Position numbers and translations under genes: made by a program. A model generated the notes under the pieces. That model was not told the DNA's origin. It ran no database searches and was given only the letters and a program-made list of their open reading frames with translations. 64,000 nt of DNA from Octopus sinensis (Eukaryota), in the NCBI RefSeq assembly GCF_006345805.1, contig NC_042997.1, forward strand, positions 81,220,001 through 81,284,000. Reading direction: 5' to 3'. The stretch's first letter is position 1. Every line of letters starts with the position of its first letter. This document shows positions 36,270 to 50,138 of the stretch, piece by piece.

Positions 36270-38880
36270 ACATGCATACATACAAAAGAAAAGTATTTCA
36301 GGCTGCAAGTTCGTCAGTGGGACTTAAATCACATAAGTTCAATGACTGGTTCTCAGACAGATCAGCAGAAATTCATGATCTGCTTTTAGAAAAACAAAAC
36401 TTAGGCAATACAATTCTTTCTCAGTCCTTGAATCCCAACTCAAATGAAGCTTACAGAAAGTTGAAAAGGAAAGTGCAGGCAAACGTCTATTTGCTGTTCT
36501 CACTGGAGATTTTGGGCCATATATCTCCTTAACATAAGAGTACAAACCTTTAGCACCATTTCTATCAGCTACTTCTTGTGCCCTTTTGTTCTATCATTCC
36601 ACCATTCCTGTTTAATTTTCGTAGGAGCATCCTGCACTAAGGAAAATTAAAAAGGAATGGTAGAATGATAGAGCAAAAGGGGCACAAGAAGCAGCTGATA
36701 GAAATGATACCAAGGGTTTGTACTCTTATGTTAAGGAGATATATGGCCCCAAATTTTCTTCAATAGCTCCAGTGAGAGAAGCAACTGGATGTTTGCTTCT
36801 GACACTGCTTCTATTCATAAGTGCTGGGTAGAACATTTTTCCGCACTTTTGAATAGATCATCAACCACTGACATGAGGACGATAGAAAAAATCGAACACT
36901 TTCCAGTTATAGAAAAGATGGCATTTGAACCAACTCTAAATGACATTTATTTAGCTGTGAATAAGCTGAGTAACAATAAGTCTGATGGAATCTGTGCAGA
37001 AGTCTTGAAATATGGGGGTGACAAAATGTTTGAACTCTTAAATATATTAATTTGTCACTGTTCGAGAACTGAGAAAGTGCCTCAAGACTGGATTTATGCC
37101 ATTTTAGTCTCCTTGTATAATCAGGGCCAAAGGATCTGTGTGGTAATTTTCGTGGGATTTCTCTTTTGTCTGTGGTTGGAAAGGTGCCTGCTTGCATTTT
37201 GTTAGAACGTTTAAATACCTTTATAGTTCCAAATATAGCATCTGAGTCTCAGTGTAATTTTCGTTCCTCCAGGAGCACAACTGATTGTATGTTTACTGTC
37301 AGACAATTACAAGAAAAGTGCATTGAATAGGATCTTGCTCTATACCATTGCTTTGTTGATTTGAGCAAAGCATTTGAGATTGTTATCAAAATGTTCTGTG
37401 GCTAATTCTAAGGAAAATAGGTTGCCCAGAAAAATTTGTAAACACAATCAGGGCTTTGCATCAAGATATAAAAGCTAGAGTTAACTTTGGTGGCAGGCTC
37501 TCTGAATCTTTTGCCGCGGAAAATGGAGTAAAGCAAGGAGACCTTGTTGCACCCACCCTCTTTGCGATATACTTTGCTGTTGTGTTGTCACATGCTTTTC
37601 AAAACTCTGAGGAGGGTATTTACATAAAATATCAAACAACAGGGAACGTTTTTAATCTGGCCAGACTGAAATTCAATATGAGGTTTTTACTTCACTCATT
37701 TGGGAACATTTGTACACTGACAATTGTGATCTTGTCAGTCATTCTGAAACAGGTGTGCAATCTCTTGTATCTGCATATAACTTGGCTTGTGATGATTTTG
37801 GCTTAACCTTCAACTTGAAAAAAGCAGTTGTAATGCATCAACCTGTGTGTAGTGCTGTTTGTAACCCCCACTAAAATTTTTGTTAAGGGTAAGTTACTTG
37901 AGGTTGTTGCTTCATTCATCTACCTTGGCAGCTCTGTTCAAAATGATAGAAATCTTGAAACAAAAATACAGCTGTGAATTCAAAGGGCAGCAAAAGCATT
38001 TGGTGGCTTGGAGTCACACATTTGATGCCAGCGACATATAAATAAGGATACTAAGCTGACACTTTACAAATCATTTGTTTTACCATTCCTGTTGTATTTC
38101 TGTGAAACTTGAACTTATTATAAAAGGCATTTTAAATTGTTAGAACAATTCCACCAACAATGCCTTCATTGCATTTTAAAAATTAAATGGAGTTCTTTTA
38201 CTCCAAATACAGATGTCCTTGCATCTGCAGACATCACCACAATTAAAGCTATGATTTTGAGGAACCAAATGAGATGGTGTGGCCATATTGTTTGAATGGC
38301 AGATGAACGCATGCCGAAACAGTTATTTTATGGAGAGTTTGCAGAGGGGAAATGCTATCAGTAAACCTTAAAAAAGGTTTAAGAATGGCATAAGGACTAC
38401 TATGAAGTCACTTGGAAAGGATCCAGAAGACATAGAAACCCTTGCTTCAGATTGAGTTGGATGGCGAACAAAATGTGGAGTGGAGTGAAAGCATTTGAAG
38501 AGGCCAGGATAATGCATGTAAGACTCAAAAGAGATCTAAGGAAAAATGTAATGATTGAGAAGGTGAATGACAATGACCTTTTTGTGACAGACCATGCCTG
38601 TCTTTTACTGGGCTCAGATCTCATCTGTGAACCCATGGAAAAAAGAACCTCCACCAACTATTCTGCCTATACGTCTTTGCATACCTTTGAATGCAGTGTA
38701 TGCCAGAAAGTTTGCGAATCCAACGGAGGCCTCAAAAGACATTTTAAGATCCACAAAGATCAGAACTTATCTGTAGCTCTTTATGGTCCAAATCAGATGT
38801 GCAATCTGTGTGGGTGTCGTTTCAGAACATTGTCTGGTTTAAAAAGCCACATCAGATGCCATGATGATGCTACGGTGTAG
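36270..38880 (+). mobile_element. RTE (BovB-like) LINE, decayed, with C-terminal C2H2 zinc fingers
   Basis: ORF pieces DWFSDRSAEI, WVEHFSALLNR..DGICAEVLKYGG, NGVKQGDLVAPTLF, MRWCGHI..MADERMPKQL, and terminal CSVCQKVC..GLKRHFKIH / CNLCGCRF..GLKSHIRCH. Confidence 0.9.
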
Positions 38881-40989
38881 GTACAGGAGGTGGTCAAACT
38901 CTACATAAGGAGTAGACAACCACCATATACATACATACATATACAAACATGTATATAAATACATATTGAAAGTAAAAGAAATGAAACTAATATATGTAGA
39001 TACATAATGAAAGTAATTGAAATTGAAACCATGTAATAGTGAAAGTATTAATAGAGATGTTATTGTTTCACTTTCGAAACATGATACAGAAACAGTGTAA
39101 GAGATGAGATTGCTCCAGGCTCGCATTAGGCAAGAAGTGGAAAATTTTTTTGATCCATAACACTGCATATACCCTAAGTAAGGCATGTGTAAAATTTGAA
39201 TGAAATCTGTTGAGTTATTCTCAAGTTTTAGTGATGCAGACAGACATTCTCAGTTTTATTTATATAGGTATCACGTGAACTCTCCTGTCATGAACAACAG
39301 ATAAGGGGTCTACCATTTCTTGGTGAACAACCCGAACAGATAATTTGTTAATTGTGATCAAATGTTTGAGTTATACATTAGCACACTCCAACCATCAAAT
39401 TAACATTGCCAAAACAAGTGCATGATGTGCCACACATCAGATGCCAAAGGGAAACTGGAGCAATATGAGATGAAGTGTTTTGCCCAGGAACACAATACAC
39501 TACCTGATTTGTGAACTGAAACCAGTATCTCACAATCATGAACACAATATCCAACACCACTATAGAAATCTTCCGCATAGAAATCTATGTAATCCCATGA
39601 ATGGAAGAGTGAACTTTTGATGATTATCACACATATACAAACAAGCACATATTTATACATGCATAAACATTTTTATATTGTCAAACAATATATTATTGGT
39701 TATGGTAAGTAACTGGTCAGAATGTAACCATTAGATTCTTGCCAATTATTGTCACTGGACCATACTGATGTTTCCTCAGACATACTGACTGGAAGTGCAT
39801 AGTCTCTTTAGTGCTGAAGTTATTCCAGGCAACAAAATTTAGTGAAAATTTTTTTAGGAGGTTGAAGAATTAATACAAAAACAGAAACAAAAAAAAAAAG
39901 TAAAGAGATATTAATGATAGCAATAATGGCAAAGATAATGATCTTGATAAAAGGAGAAATATTGATTGTTATTAATGACAATGAAGGATGAAAACATTAA
40001 TAAATAGGTTAAATCTAGGTAATAACTTGAAGAGGCATATGTATACACACACACATACATGCTCACAGCAACATACATATATATGTATGCATATTTCTTT
40101 ACACACACACGTGTGTGTGTGTGTGTATTTATGTTCAGTTATAATAAAAAAACAATTACTCTATACTTTTGTAGAGTACAAATTTATTCTTCTTAAACAA
40201 CAATATGAAAGATATTGACTGTACGTGTTGAGGTTGAGATGGAAACTGAGAGTAGCTACTTTGAGCAAACTATTGTCTCCTAGTCATAATCTAGTTGATA
40301 TATTTTGATTTTTTAAAATACTATTGTTTTGAATGGGATACCATGTTTTGTTGTGTCTAGGGAGAATCATTATGCCAATATTATTAACACACACAGTGGT
40401 TCAAATCCACAATTGTTTGTTTAGCTTGGTTTAACAGCAAGTCTTTTATTTTGCTTGTTTTTGTCAAAGCTCTTTAATTAATTGCAAATAGTAACAAAAG
40501 AACCTTGACAAAAACCAAACAAAAACATAACAAATGACTTACTGTTTAACCAAATTAAACAAATAATGAATTAGTTAATTGGATATTTAACCAACTGACT
40601 AATAATAAAGGAGTGGAATTGAACCAGTGTGTGTGTTAGTAATAATGACAAACTGACTCTTCCAAGACATAGCAAACTTTTTTCAACACTCGAATTTACA
40701 TAAAGAATTTTGCAAGCCAGATACAAAAATGAAATGTTTTCTTTTTCTTTTATGCTAACTGTCAAATTTACCCTGAACATTCTATCTCTCTCTCTCTCTT
40801 TATATATATATAAACTGAGCCACAAAAGAAACGTCGCACACATACTAAACAGGAAAACTGGTTTATTAACAGACTACCATAACATTGATTGAAGAGTGCT
40901 AATTAAGAAACCGTTCTTTCCTAATGATAAAACATCATTTCCTGAAACATGTTTGATGTCATATGGTATCACATGATGACGGAGTGTCC

Positions 40990-42360
40990 TGGATCCAAAG
41001 AGATGAACTCAGTTTCTCGTGTGACCGCAGTTAGCGTTGATTACTGCAGGCATCTTCTGTGCATTGAATGCACCAAATGATTGATGAAGGCCATGGAAAT
41101 AGTGAGTTGTGCCAAAGTTGTCAGCTTTGTATGGATGTTATTTAGCCTTCTTTGGATTTCATCCCACAGGTGTTCTATGGGGTTCATGTATGGACTTAGA
41201 GCAGACCATGGCAGTGTCTGAATATTGTGCTGTTGGAGGAAGTCTGTTGTTAATCTGGCAGTATGGACATGAGCATTATGTTGGAACACGTGATTTCAAT
41301 GACAGGCAAAATATGACACAATGTAAGGCCTCAACACTTGGTTGATGTAGCAAACAGGAGTTACTCCATTGCCCTGGCCTTGACTGATGTTTTGGAAGGC
41401 CACTGATCCCATAGGTATCATTCCCTCAGTCGCTTAATTGTCCGAATACTGCTATTCAAGTCATTAGCAATGCCCCATGGACATTGACCAGCATGGAGAC
41501 GTCTGATAGCTTGCTCCCTTTGATTTCATGTCAGTCCTGGCATGCTTGCTGCATTCAAGGAATGACTAACAGGCTGGTAAATTAAAAATCAGGTAGTGTA
41601 TTGTGTTCCTGGGCAAAACACTTCATCTCATATTGCTCCAGCTTCCCTTTGGCATCTGATGTGTGGCACATCATGCACTTGTTTTGGCAATGTTAATTTG
41701 ATGGTTGGAGTGTGCTAATGTATAACTCAAACATTTGATCACAATTAACAAATTTGTATGCTCTGTTTTCCCCTTGAATCTCTCTCCACCACATAGCTAT
41801 CCAGATGATGGTCACCCCTTCTTCTCCAAAGCTTAGCTCTGTCATCTGTCACAGAAATGCAATATTGACTTGCATCAGAGAAGACAACAGTCCTCCACTG
41901 CTGATATTGCCAGTTTTGACGTTTTGAGCCCACTGCGTTGTGCCCATCAATGACGATTAGTGAGGACAGAGCCCCAAGCTGGATGTCAATAAGACAGATT
42001 GAAAGATCTCAGCTAGCTGCGAACAGTCTCTGCACAAATGGGTCTGTGTGAGTCTTTATGGCCTGCCTAGATGATTCCATTGCCCTCCAGAACAGGTCCT
42101 GCAAGTGCTGTCAGTGCAGGTGGTGAACTTGACATGCTGTTGTGACCCTATGTGGACAATTATCCATGCTGTTTGTAGCATTGTATCATTCCCTCAGTCA
42201 CTTAATTGTCCGAATACTGCTATTCAAGTCATTAGCAATGCCCCATGGACATTGACCAGCATGGCGACATCTGATAGCTTGCTCCCTTTGATTTCATGTC
42301 AGTCCTGGCATGCTTGCTGCATTCGGGGAATGACTGACAGGCTGGTAAATTTGGGTGCCT
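40990..42360 (-). mobile_element. Tc1-family transposase relic interrupted by a templated insertion (41416-41754)
   Basis: QQWRTVVFSDASQYC..WRRRG, YINQVLRP..VFQHNAHVHTAR, WSALSPYMNPIEHLWDEIQRRL. Confidence 0.85.
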
Positions 42361-42379
42361 TTTATACCCAATGAGTCAA

Positions 42380-42960
42380 CATCTTGCATGTGCATCATGC
42401 TTTTCATAAAGCAACTACAGCAGCAGCAACTACAACAGCAACAAGAAAACCAACAGTTGCTGGAATTAATGTTGAAGAAGTCTGAAAATACTTCAAGTTC
42501 ATACTCGCCAGACAGTGTAGCAAATTCAATTGAAGAATTCAGCTATAATTCAGAAGAAGAGATTACCTTCTCTGCATATTTTCGAAGATATGAAGAAATC
42601 TTCAAAGAAGAGAGTAAAAGTTGGTCCAACAAGAAAAAAAGAACAACTACTTTTAAGAACACTATCAACTGCCAAACACGAAAAATACAGTAATTTTATT
42701 CTGTCAAAGAAGCTAGGTGAGATTTGTTTTGATGAAACAATATTTTATTGAAAATTTTCAGTAAAAGAACTTCTCAGTTCAACACTGGCTGGCAATATTT
42801 AAATTTGGTCAAAGAAGATGAAGATTTCTTCACCTATGCCAAAGTGGTTAACAGAGTGATTGTCAGAAATTCAAATTGAATGAGTTGACCCCAGACATGT
42901 TCATGTGTTTAATTTTTGTTCAAGGGCTTACTGCAAACAAAGATGCAGATCTACGTTATT
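42380..42960 (+). mobile_element. Gypsy/Ty3 LTR-retrotransposon gag fragment (no LTR or pol seen)
   Basis: SVANSIEEFSYNSEEEITFSAYFRRYEEIF, LLRTLSTAKHEKYSNFIL, MFMCLIFVQGL: the invertebrate Gypsy gag N-terminal pattern, frameshifted. Confidence 0.75.
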
Positions 42961-43199
42961 TACATTTGACAGATATTTGTCCTCATCTTGTTTGTTGTTA
43001 ACACAATGCTTTGGCTGATGTACTCTCAAGCCTTTGTCAGGTGTCTTGGGGAAATTTTGAACCTGGGTTCTCATTCCTAAGGTATTTTTCAATATTATTA
43101 ATATTATTATTATTCACTGACCATTATCAGATAGCATCACCTCTGTTTTCATGGGAGAATTTTACATCTGTGGTGTCGATAGGATGGAATTTAAAGATG

Positions 43200-45600
43200 G
43201 AATGATTTTGTGGAGAGCTAAGTGTATTTGGAAGGAGAGTTGGAGGTGTTTAGATAGATAGTGGGAGGAGAAAATAGATTTCAGGGTTAGGGTTGATAAC
43301 AAGGCTAGTGATAGTAGTAGAGGCAGAAGGTGGGAGGAAGGGTGGTTTAAGTAGTATGTGAGTGAAGACCTTTGTGATAATTTGTATGAAAGCTATAGAG
43401 TTAAAGGCTGAGATAGTGAAAAGTGCTTGTTATTGAGGGAAATGAGTTGACTAGTTCAATAGCTAAGCGGGGTGAGGAGGTGGTCAAAAGTAGTTGTTAG
43501 TGGGACAAAGGAATTGGGTTGGTAGTTTTCAAAGGGGTGGTGTCTTGTAAAGTACTGTTTGAGGTTTGGGAAAGTAGAAGTGGTTGATTTGAAAGTTTGG
43601 AAGAGATTTGAGATGTGTGTATGGGAAGGAATAAGATGGGGGCAGAGGTTAGTATTTATTAAGTCATAGGTTGCAAGGCTGACTTTGTTTTAGATTAAGA
43701 TTTTTTTGAGTATATAAACTTATTATAGGATTATACAGATTTAGCAAAGTGCATGAAAGATGAGTAGTATCTGTGTTTACAAGAATAAATAACATCAGAG
43801 AATCTATTGAGTAATGAGGAGTTGTAAAGGTGAAGAATGGTTAATGATTCTTTTAGACATAACTTACACTTACCGATATTTGCATTGTATGGAGAAGCTT
43901 CACTTACTATGAACCAGGATATGTGTATGGAATATTTTGCAATTGAGATTGTGTATGTACGTTGCTAAGGAGGTAGACAGTTTCGAGTTCGGATTAATGA
44001 AAGAGTTCATGTGTGCATGGTAGCAGTACTTGAAATCTACGATGACACCAATATATACTCTTGTTTGGTGGGAGTTGGGTGTTACCATAGTACTTATAGA
44101 TCATGTTTTTGTGCAGACAGGAGCCTGCAAGAGGGTAAAATTTAGATGCACAGCAGTTGCAAGTTTTTCTATTTGCTCCGTGGTTGGGGCTTACTGCTAG
44201 TGAGGATGAGCTTGGTTGGTTTGTTGTTAGTGGGGTGAAAACCTAAAGTGTAATTTGTATTTGTAAGGGACTGGGAGGTGGTATTGGAGCTAGTATCTGT
44301 TGTCACATAGGTAGGATTGTAGGATGTTGGCTTGAGTTTAGTATTATTTGAGGTAGGATTGTGTTATTGCTAGTATGTGGACTAACTTGGGGTGCAGTGT
44401 GAGAATTTAAGTGTTCAGAGGACTGGTGTTGAAGTTTGCATTTGTTCAAGCAGGTGATTATGAATACTGAAGTGGAGTAGATTTTCACAGATGATTTGTT
44501 AAAGATGGGATAGTATTTATGCTGTGGTAGAAAATTAAATTTTAAAATTTTAAAGAAGAGTTTAGGAAGAGATTTAACTTGGAGAGAGAAGGGTAGTACA
44601 AACCTTAAGATTTTCCCAGCCTAGAGTGTTTAGAATGTGTGGTTGTAGTGGGCTGATCAGGAGTAGGGGCACTTGTAGTTGTTACAGGCTTGGGGTGGCC
44701 AGCAGTGTGATGTGTAGAGGTGTTGGATTGGTGTAACGTGGAAGTAGTTTTTAGTTTTAAGCTTAGTGTTGGGAAAATAATAGATTTTTTTTGCAGAAGC
44801 CACTTATTTGGAGGGCTTGATTATAATAAGGGGCATGAGTGTTAAAAATTTCTTTGTTAGTGGATAAGTTAAGAGGACATTTATGTATTGTAAAGATAGG
44901 ATGGATTTATGGAAAGGGTGGTATAAACATCTAAGAAATTGGCCACCTTAGTGTCAGTTTCGAATGAAATACTTTAGTTGTAGTTTTTAAAGAATTTGTG
45001 TAGGGCTTTCTTAGTGCATTCAATCAACAGTTGAGATAATCCAGTTGCTGAAAAGAGTGTGTCATCCCTGTATAGTCCACTGGATAGCTTGGGGAAACAT
45101 TGTTTAGTTTGGGAAAGAAGGAATAGGTCCACAAGGTCGGTGACCTGGGCTGAGTTCAATGAACCCATGATTATATCGAAGTAATCCGTAGATGAGTTGC
45201 AGGTCCAATTATTATCCTTAAAGTGAATCAGTTTTCCTCACAGCTAGAATGATACTGATATCCAATCGGGAGATGGGAGCATATTTTTAGGCAAGGTTTT
45301 AAGAGAATTGGTGATATTGATGAGTAATAATTTGAGATGTCAAACTGAAGGAAATGGGTGTTTTGTTTATCATGAAGAGAGTGGGAGCTTAACATTAGTT
45401 CTAAAAAGGGGTAGAATATGGTCAATAATGCATTTACTAATTCAACTTAAGTCAGATTTTGTGGGACAGACAAGGTGAATGGAAAGCTTAGAGTTGGGCT
45501 CGTGGTCCTTCAGGATGAAATGGGAGGGTTAAGTGTATATGACTCAGTTCTATTTAGATCAGCAATGAGCTTACAATGGATGTTATTAATCTCCTTAAGA
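43200..45600 (-). mobile_element. second Penelope-like family, decayed
   Basis: ORF pieces HFLQFDISNYYSSIS, MGSLNSAQVTDLVDLFLL..GLYRDD (RT) and RVYIGVIVDFKYCYHAHMNSF..STSLATYIHNL (GIY-YIG). Confidence 0.8.
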
Positions 45601-47699
45601 GCATTTCTATGTGCATGTTTATAATTCGTGTTTAGTTACTTTCATATGAGATTAGTATATGTTTCCAAGGGAAGGGAGTAAAGATTGCCAGTTTTTCAGA
45701 GAAGACATGCAGGTGTGATGAATTTCGCAAGATTTCACCTATTGCAACATTCCGAGTTCAAATTCTGCAATCAACTTTACCTTTCATTATTTCAGGGTCG
45801 ATAAATTAAGCACCAGCAAAACACAGGGGCTGATGTCATCAACTAGTCTCCTCCCCTCAAATTTCAAGCCTTGTGCCTTTAGCAGAAAGGATTATTATTA
45901 TTATACCAAGGTCAATGTTGCCTTTCATCCTTTTGGGGGTCAGTGAAATAAGTACCAGTCATGCACTGGAGTTGATGTAAGCCCCGTGCCTATAGTAGAA
46001 AGGTTTATTATTATTATTGGTGCTATTATTACTATTACTATCATCACTATTCTGATCCTTTCTTCATTTTTGACAAACTGGAATGCATGAATATCCTTCA
46101 CTGGGAATATTTCTTCATTTTTACATTTCTCTGATGCTGGGAGAGGATTGCAGTGACTGGTGAAAATCAGGTATAAAGATGGGGTGGGGGAGAAAGCAGT
46201 GATACAATCATGGTGTACGAAGAGATGTAGTTCTTGAGGTAGGGTGTCTGAAAAGTTCGTTACATGTTGGTCGGAGGGACACAATGCTTCAAACATATTT
46301 TGTTGACATGAGCAAGTCTTCTCTAGAATCTCAGTCCATCATTTCTTCTAGGAGCTGCAACACCCATTTCTTCCTCTTCCACAGGTACCATTCACTTTCA
46401 GTGATAGGCACTTCTGTATACAGCTGTCTTTACTCATGTCCAAACTAATGCAGGCCTCTCCTGCATGCTATGCCCAACACAATTGAGCTTTGTCAGTCAC
46501 AGTTCATTCTTACTAAAATATTTCTCATTATCTAGGAAGATTGCATCTGTGGTGCCTCTTCCAGGAGTAAAAGTGGCTTGCCTTGAATCTTCTACATCCA
46601 AGTTTCAATTAATGCTCTACTTTCTAGCCTGCACTTTCACATTTCAAGATGGTTAAGCAAGTAACACCAATGAACAAATGAAGAGAATGTTTCATGTCAG
46701 CATTTGTATCACCTTTAAATCTTTTTATCCCACCAGATTTGTAGGTGGAAAGACATTCCAACTTATTTTTCAATTATGTGCCCTTCCTATCTTGTCTTTG
46801 TTGAGAGCACTGATCAAATGAATGTTTCCCTTACCTTGATACTGTTACTAACAAATCTGCATCACACTTCAAAATGGTCTGAAAGGATCAGAGCCAAACT
46901 GAATAGTTTGCATATCATCCAGTTTCAGTGACATCATCACTTTCTGCTTCTCTCTTCCTGATTTTATACCTGCTGGATCACAACTTGTCTCTTGGTATCG
47001 TCAACACTGTACCTTCCCTAAATTTCAACTGCTGACCTCAGTAGTAATTGCAAGGAGTCCCTTGTGTAACAGAACTGAACTTTTTCCTAATACACTTTTC
47101 CTCAGTGATTTGAACTCATAGCAATGCCATCTTGTGAGTGTGCATGTTTAACCTATGCAAATTTTTATTTTACACAAGACGACCCCATACTATACCTTCC
47201 CCAATAATTCTGTATAAATTTATATTTTGTATGCCATGTCCAAGGAAGGACAACTGCTTTGCTGATATCTATTGAAGCAAAAATGTATCTCTTAATTGTT
47301 CACCCCAGACTATTCTTGGAAATTTTAAATTCCACTTTGGAACTAATTTCAATAGCCACTAAAGTTTTAACTTCACTGGAAGCACAACGATAAACCAAGA
47401 ATTTCTCATATTTATCTTTGAGCTTCATGCCACTCACAATCTTTAAACTAGGTCATTCATTTTTATTCTTCACTGTTCTCAGTACTGGTGGAGACCCTCT
47501 CCTTCCAGCTTTCACATCCTAGACCAGTGGTTCCCAACCATTCTTTCCCTATGGACTCCTTTGATTCCTATTTAACTTGGGTGGACTCTTCATAACTATT
47601 TGACTTTTTTCAAATTAAATGTTATTAGGAATTGTACCAAAAAAAAAAAAATATTCTGTGTATTGTAGAAAGTTGAGAATCAATTCTAGACATTGTTGG

Positions 47700-48290
47700 G
47701 TCACTGAAGAGCAGACAGTTGCCTATGTGCTTGGAATACAAAGGTACATAAAATATTATCCTCAATCCAAAGCAAAAAGTATACATGCCTGTATTTTATA
47801 CCTTTGATAAAATACCGAGACAGCCGGAGATGATCATCAAAAAGTTTTGAGTGTCCATGAGGCTTACCCCCAGTCTGGGTCTGACTAAAGAGAACCATCT
47901 TTGGGAGCCAGTTACCTGGCATCTGAATCACATGGCCAACCCAGCAGAGAAAGTAACAAAGGATGCAGGCCTCAAGAGATACTTCCAAAATAGCAGAACG
48001 AATACACCTATGGTAGTGGAGCATCATCATTAAGGATGGGCTGAGTACAGAAATTAAGTTTTTCACATGTTATGCAGTGTCCCACTCAACTGGTTGTTAA
48101 TCAGAAGGCATGAAAGTCCATGTGTGATGCTGGAGTGGAGAGCACTTTGAAACTCAACACAGAAGACTACATAAGATGTTACCAATCCACTGTGGCTGTT
48201 ACAGAATCTTGCCAGTCACATCCACTCCCATGAAAAAAGATGTACTGAAGGATGAATATCCTGGATCAATGCTGTCATAAATTTACAGAA
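47700..48290 (-). mobile_element. degraded RTE LINE 3' fragment (further probable RTE debris at about 46400-47000)
   Basis: ORF 47701-48066 contains CWVGHVIQMPGNWLPKMVLFSQ, the RTE-type LRW.GHV.RM...LPK motif. Confidence 0.7.
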
Positions 48291-48825
48291 CACTTCAAAA
48301 TGTTAAAACTATCTTATCTGTAGCAACAGATTTTCTCTGAGAAACAATGCTTATTAGAATTCTATTAAACACAATTCATTTGTTTCCCTGGTTTTATTTC
48401 TGAACTTTCTCACCACTAGTTTTTAATGTAGAGAGAAGACTTTACACAAGAATTCAGACATCAGCTAAGTAATCATGTTACATACATGGATGCAGGTCAG
48501 AGTAATTTGTTTACATAAGTGGGTTTCCACATACTTGTACACCACAGGTATAAAGTTCTGTATCATTTTTCATATTACTTCCCTGGAACACTTGAGCTTC
48601 GTGAAACCCACTTTCTAAATATTCGTGCTGCCTCAACAATTAGTTATAAACTAGGCATATACATGTACACAAACACCAGTTGCTAAAGAAATGTAACCTT
48701 TGTGCATGTGCATCAAGGGTCATGAAAGTGTTTGGGCCAGTTTATAGCAAAAGAGGAATCTATGTATTTATGGAAACCTTCATATACATCTAAACATTGC
48801 TGTTTTGCATTGATTACATAAGTAT

Positions 48826-50138
48826 CACTGTGCAGCACTCAAAAAAGTACGAGAGATCTGTGGCCATTTTTATATGCAAAATGACATGGGAAATCAATTT
48901 CTGGCCTTCTTTTTGTTGAATTAGGCATGGTTTCTACAGAATTGTCACTGTATACCCTTTTTGTCATTATTATTAAATAAAATTCTCTATTACATTGTAA
49001 AATGGTTTTCAACCCAGGCCAATCTTAGTAACACCTACAATGTGATTCGAAGCTTGTGTTTAATGTTATTTTTTATCTTTCAGATCTTATTTGTTTTCAA
49101 CAAGGAGTGCAAAAATGATCCAGATTCTATTATATCTGTGGGGAATTGACTTTTGCAAAAGAAAGTGTAGTGCTCAATGCCATATCAAGAAAATATACAA
49201 GGCATACTTCGATTGTTACTTAGGAGACCAGGATAAGTCATGGGCTCCTCATGTGTGAAAGCATTGAGTGCCTGGTATGCAGGAAAAATGTTCACATTAA
49301 GTTTGGTGTGCCAATGATTTGGCATGAGCAGAAAGATCACTCTAACGATAGCTATTTCTGTTACCATGACTTGTGCAGGGATCTCTAATGAAAGAGAAAA
49401 GTGACTGGCATCAAGAACGTAATTTTGAGAAAGGAGTGAAAATAACACTGTACAGAAAATGTACAGAGGATCTGCTTGCATTATTCACCATGAAGGATTA
49501 CTTAGGCTTTTGTAATGACATTGCTGAACTTTTTGAGCAACTGAAAATACCATATGATAAAACCAACTGACGACTTTTCATAAATGCATCCAAGCTGTTC
49601 TACTACACAATAGTAACACTCTGCCTTCTGTTCCCATAGCTTATAGAACAATTATGAAAGTATCATATGAAAATCTGAAAGCAATTCTATCATACAGTAT
49701 GATGACCATACCAGGCATATTTGTGCAGATTTTAAGGTTGTGGCCATGCTTACTGGCCTTCAGCTTAGCTATATTATATTTTGCTGCTTCCTTATGAAAT
49801 TCCAGAGCAAGAGCTGAATATTATGTACGCAAGGATTGGCCGATCCAAGATGAAATTGAGCAAGGAAAACACATGAACAAACCACTTGTGAAAAGTGATA
49901 GAATTTTTTTTTTACTACCTTTGCATGAAACCTTCATCACACATCTCAAGAGAAAAGAGAAGCTTGCCTTTAAGTCATTCAAGAAAGTTTGTGATAACTT
50001 CCTGGGCAATCATCGTTCAGAAGACTATGTTGTGAATGATCTGCTGAGTCATTATTATACGGGATGTAACATGTCTCTAAAAGTTCATGTGGTTCACTAC
50101 CATTTGGATTTTTAGCGAAAAATCCTTTTGTTGCAGTG
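48826..50138 (+). mobile_element. Chapaev3-like (CMC) DNA transposon, internally deleted, 3-bp TSD TAT
   Basis: tat|CACTG...CAGTG|tat. Coding relics CKNDPDS..ICGE, YKAYFDCYLGDQDKSWAPH, FGVPMIWHEQKDHSNDSYFC, GFCNDIAELFEQL, HYVRKDWP. Family assignment is from recollection of these motifs. Confidence 0.7.
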
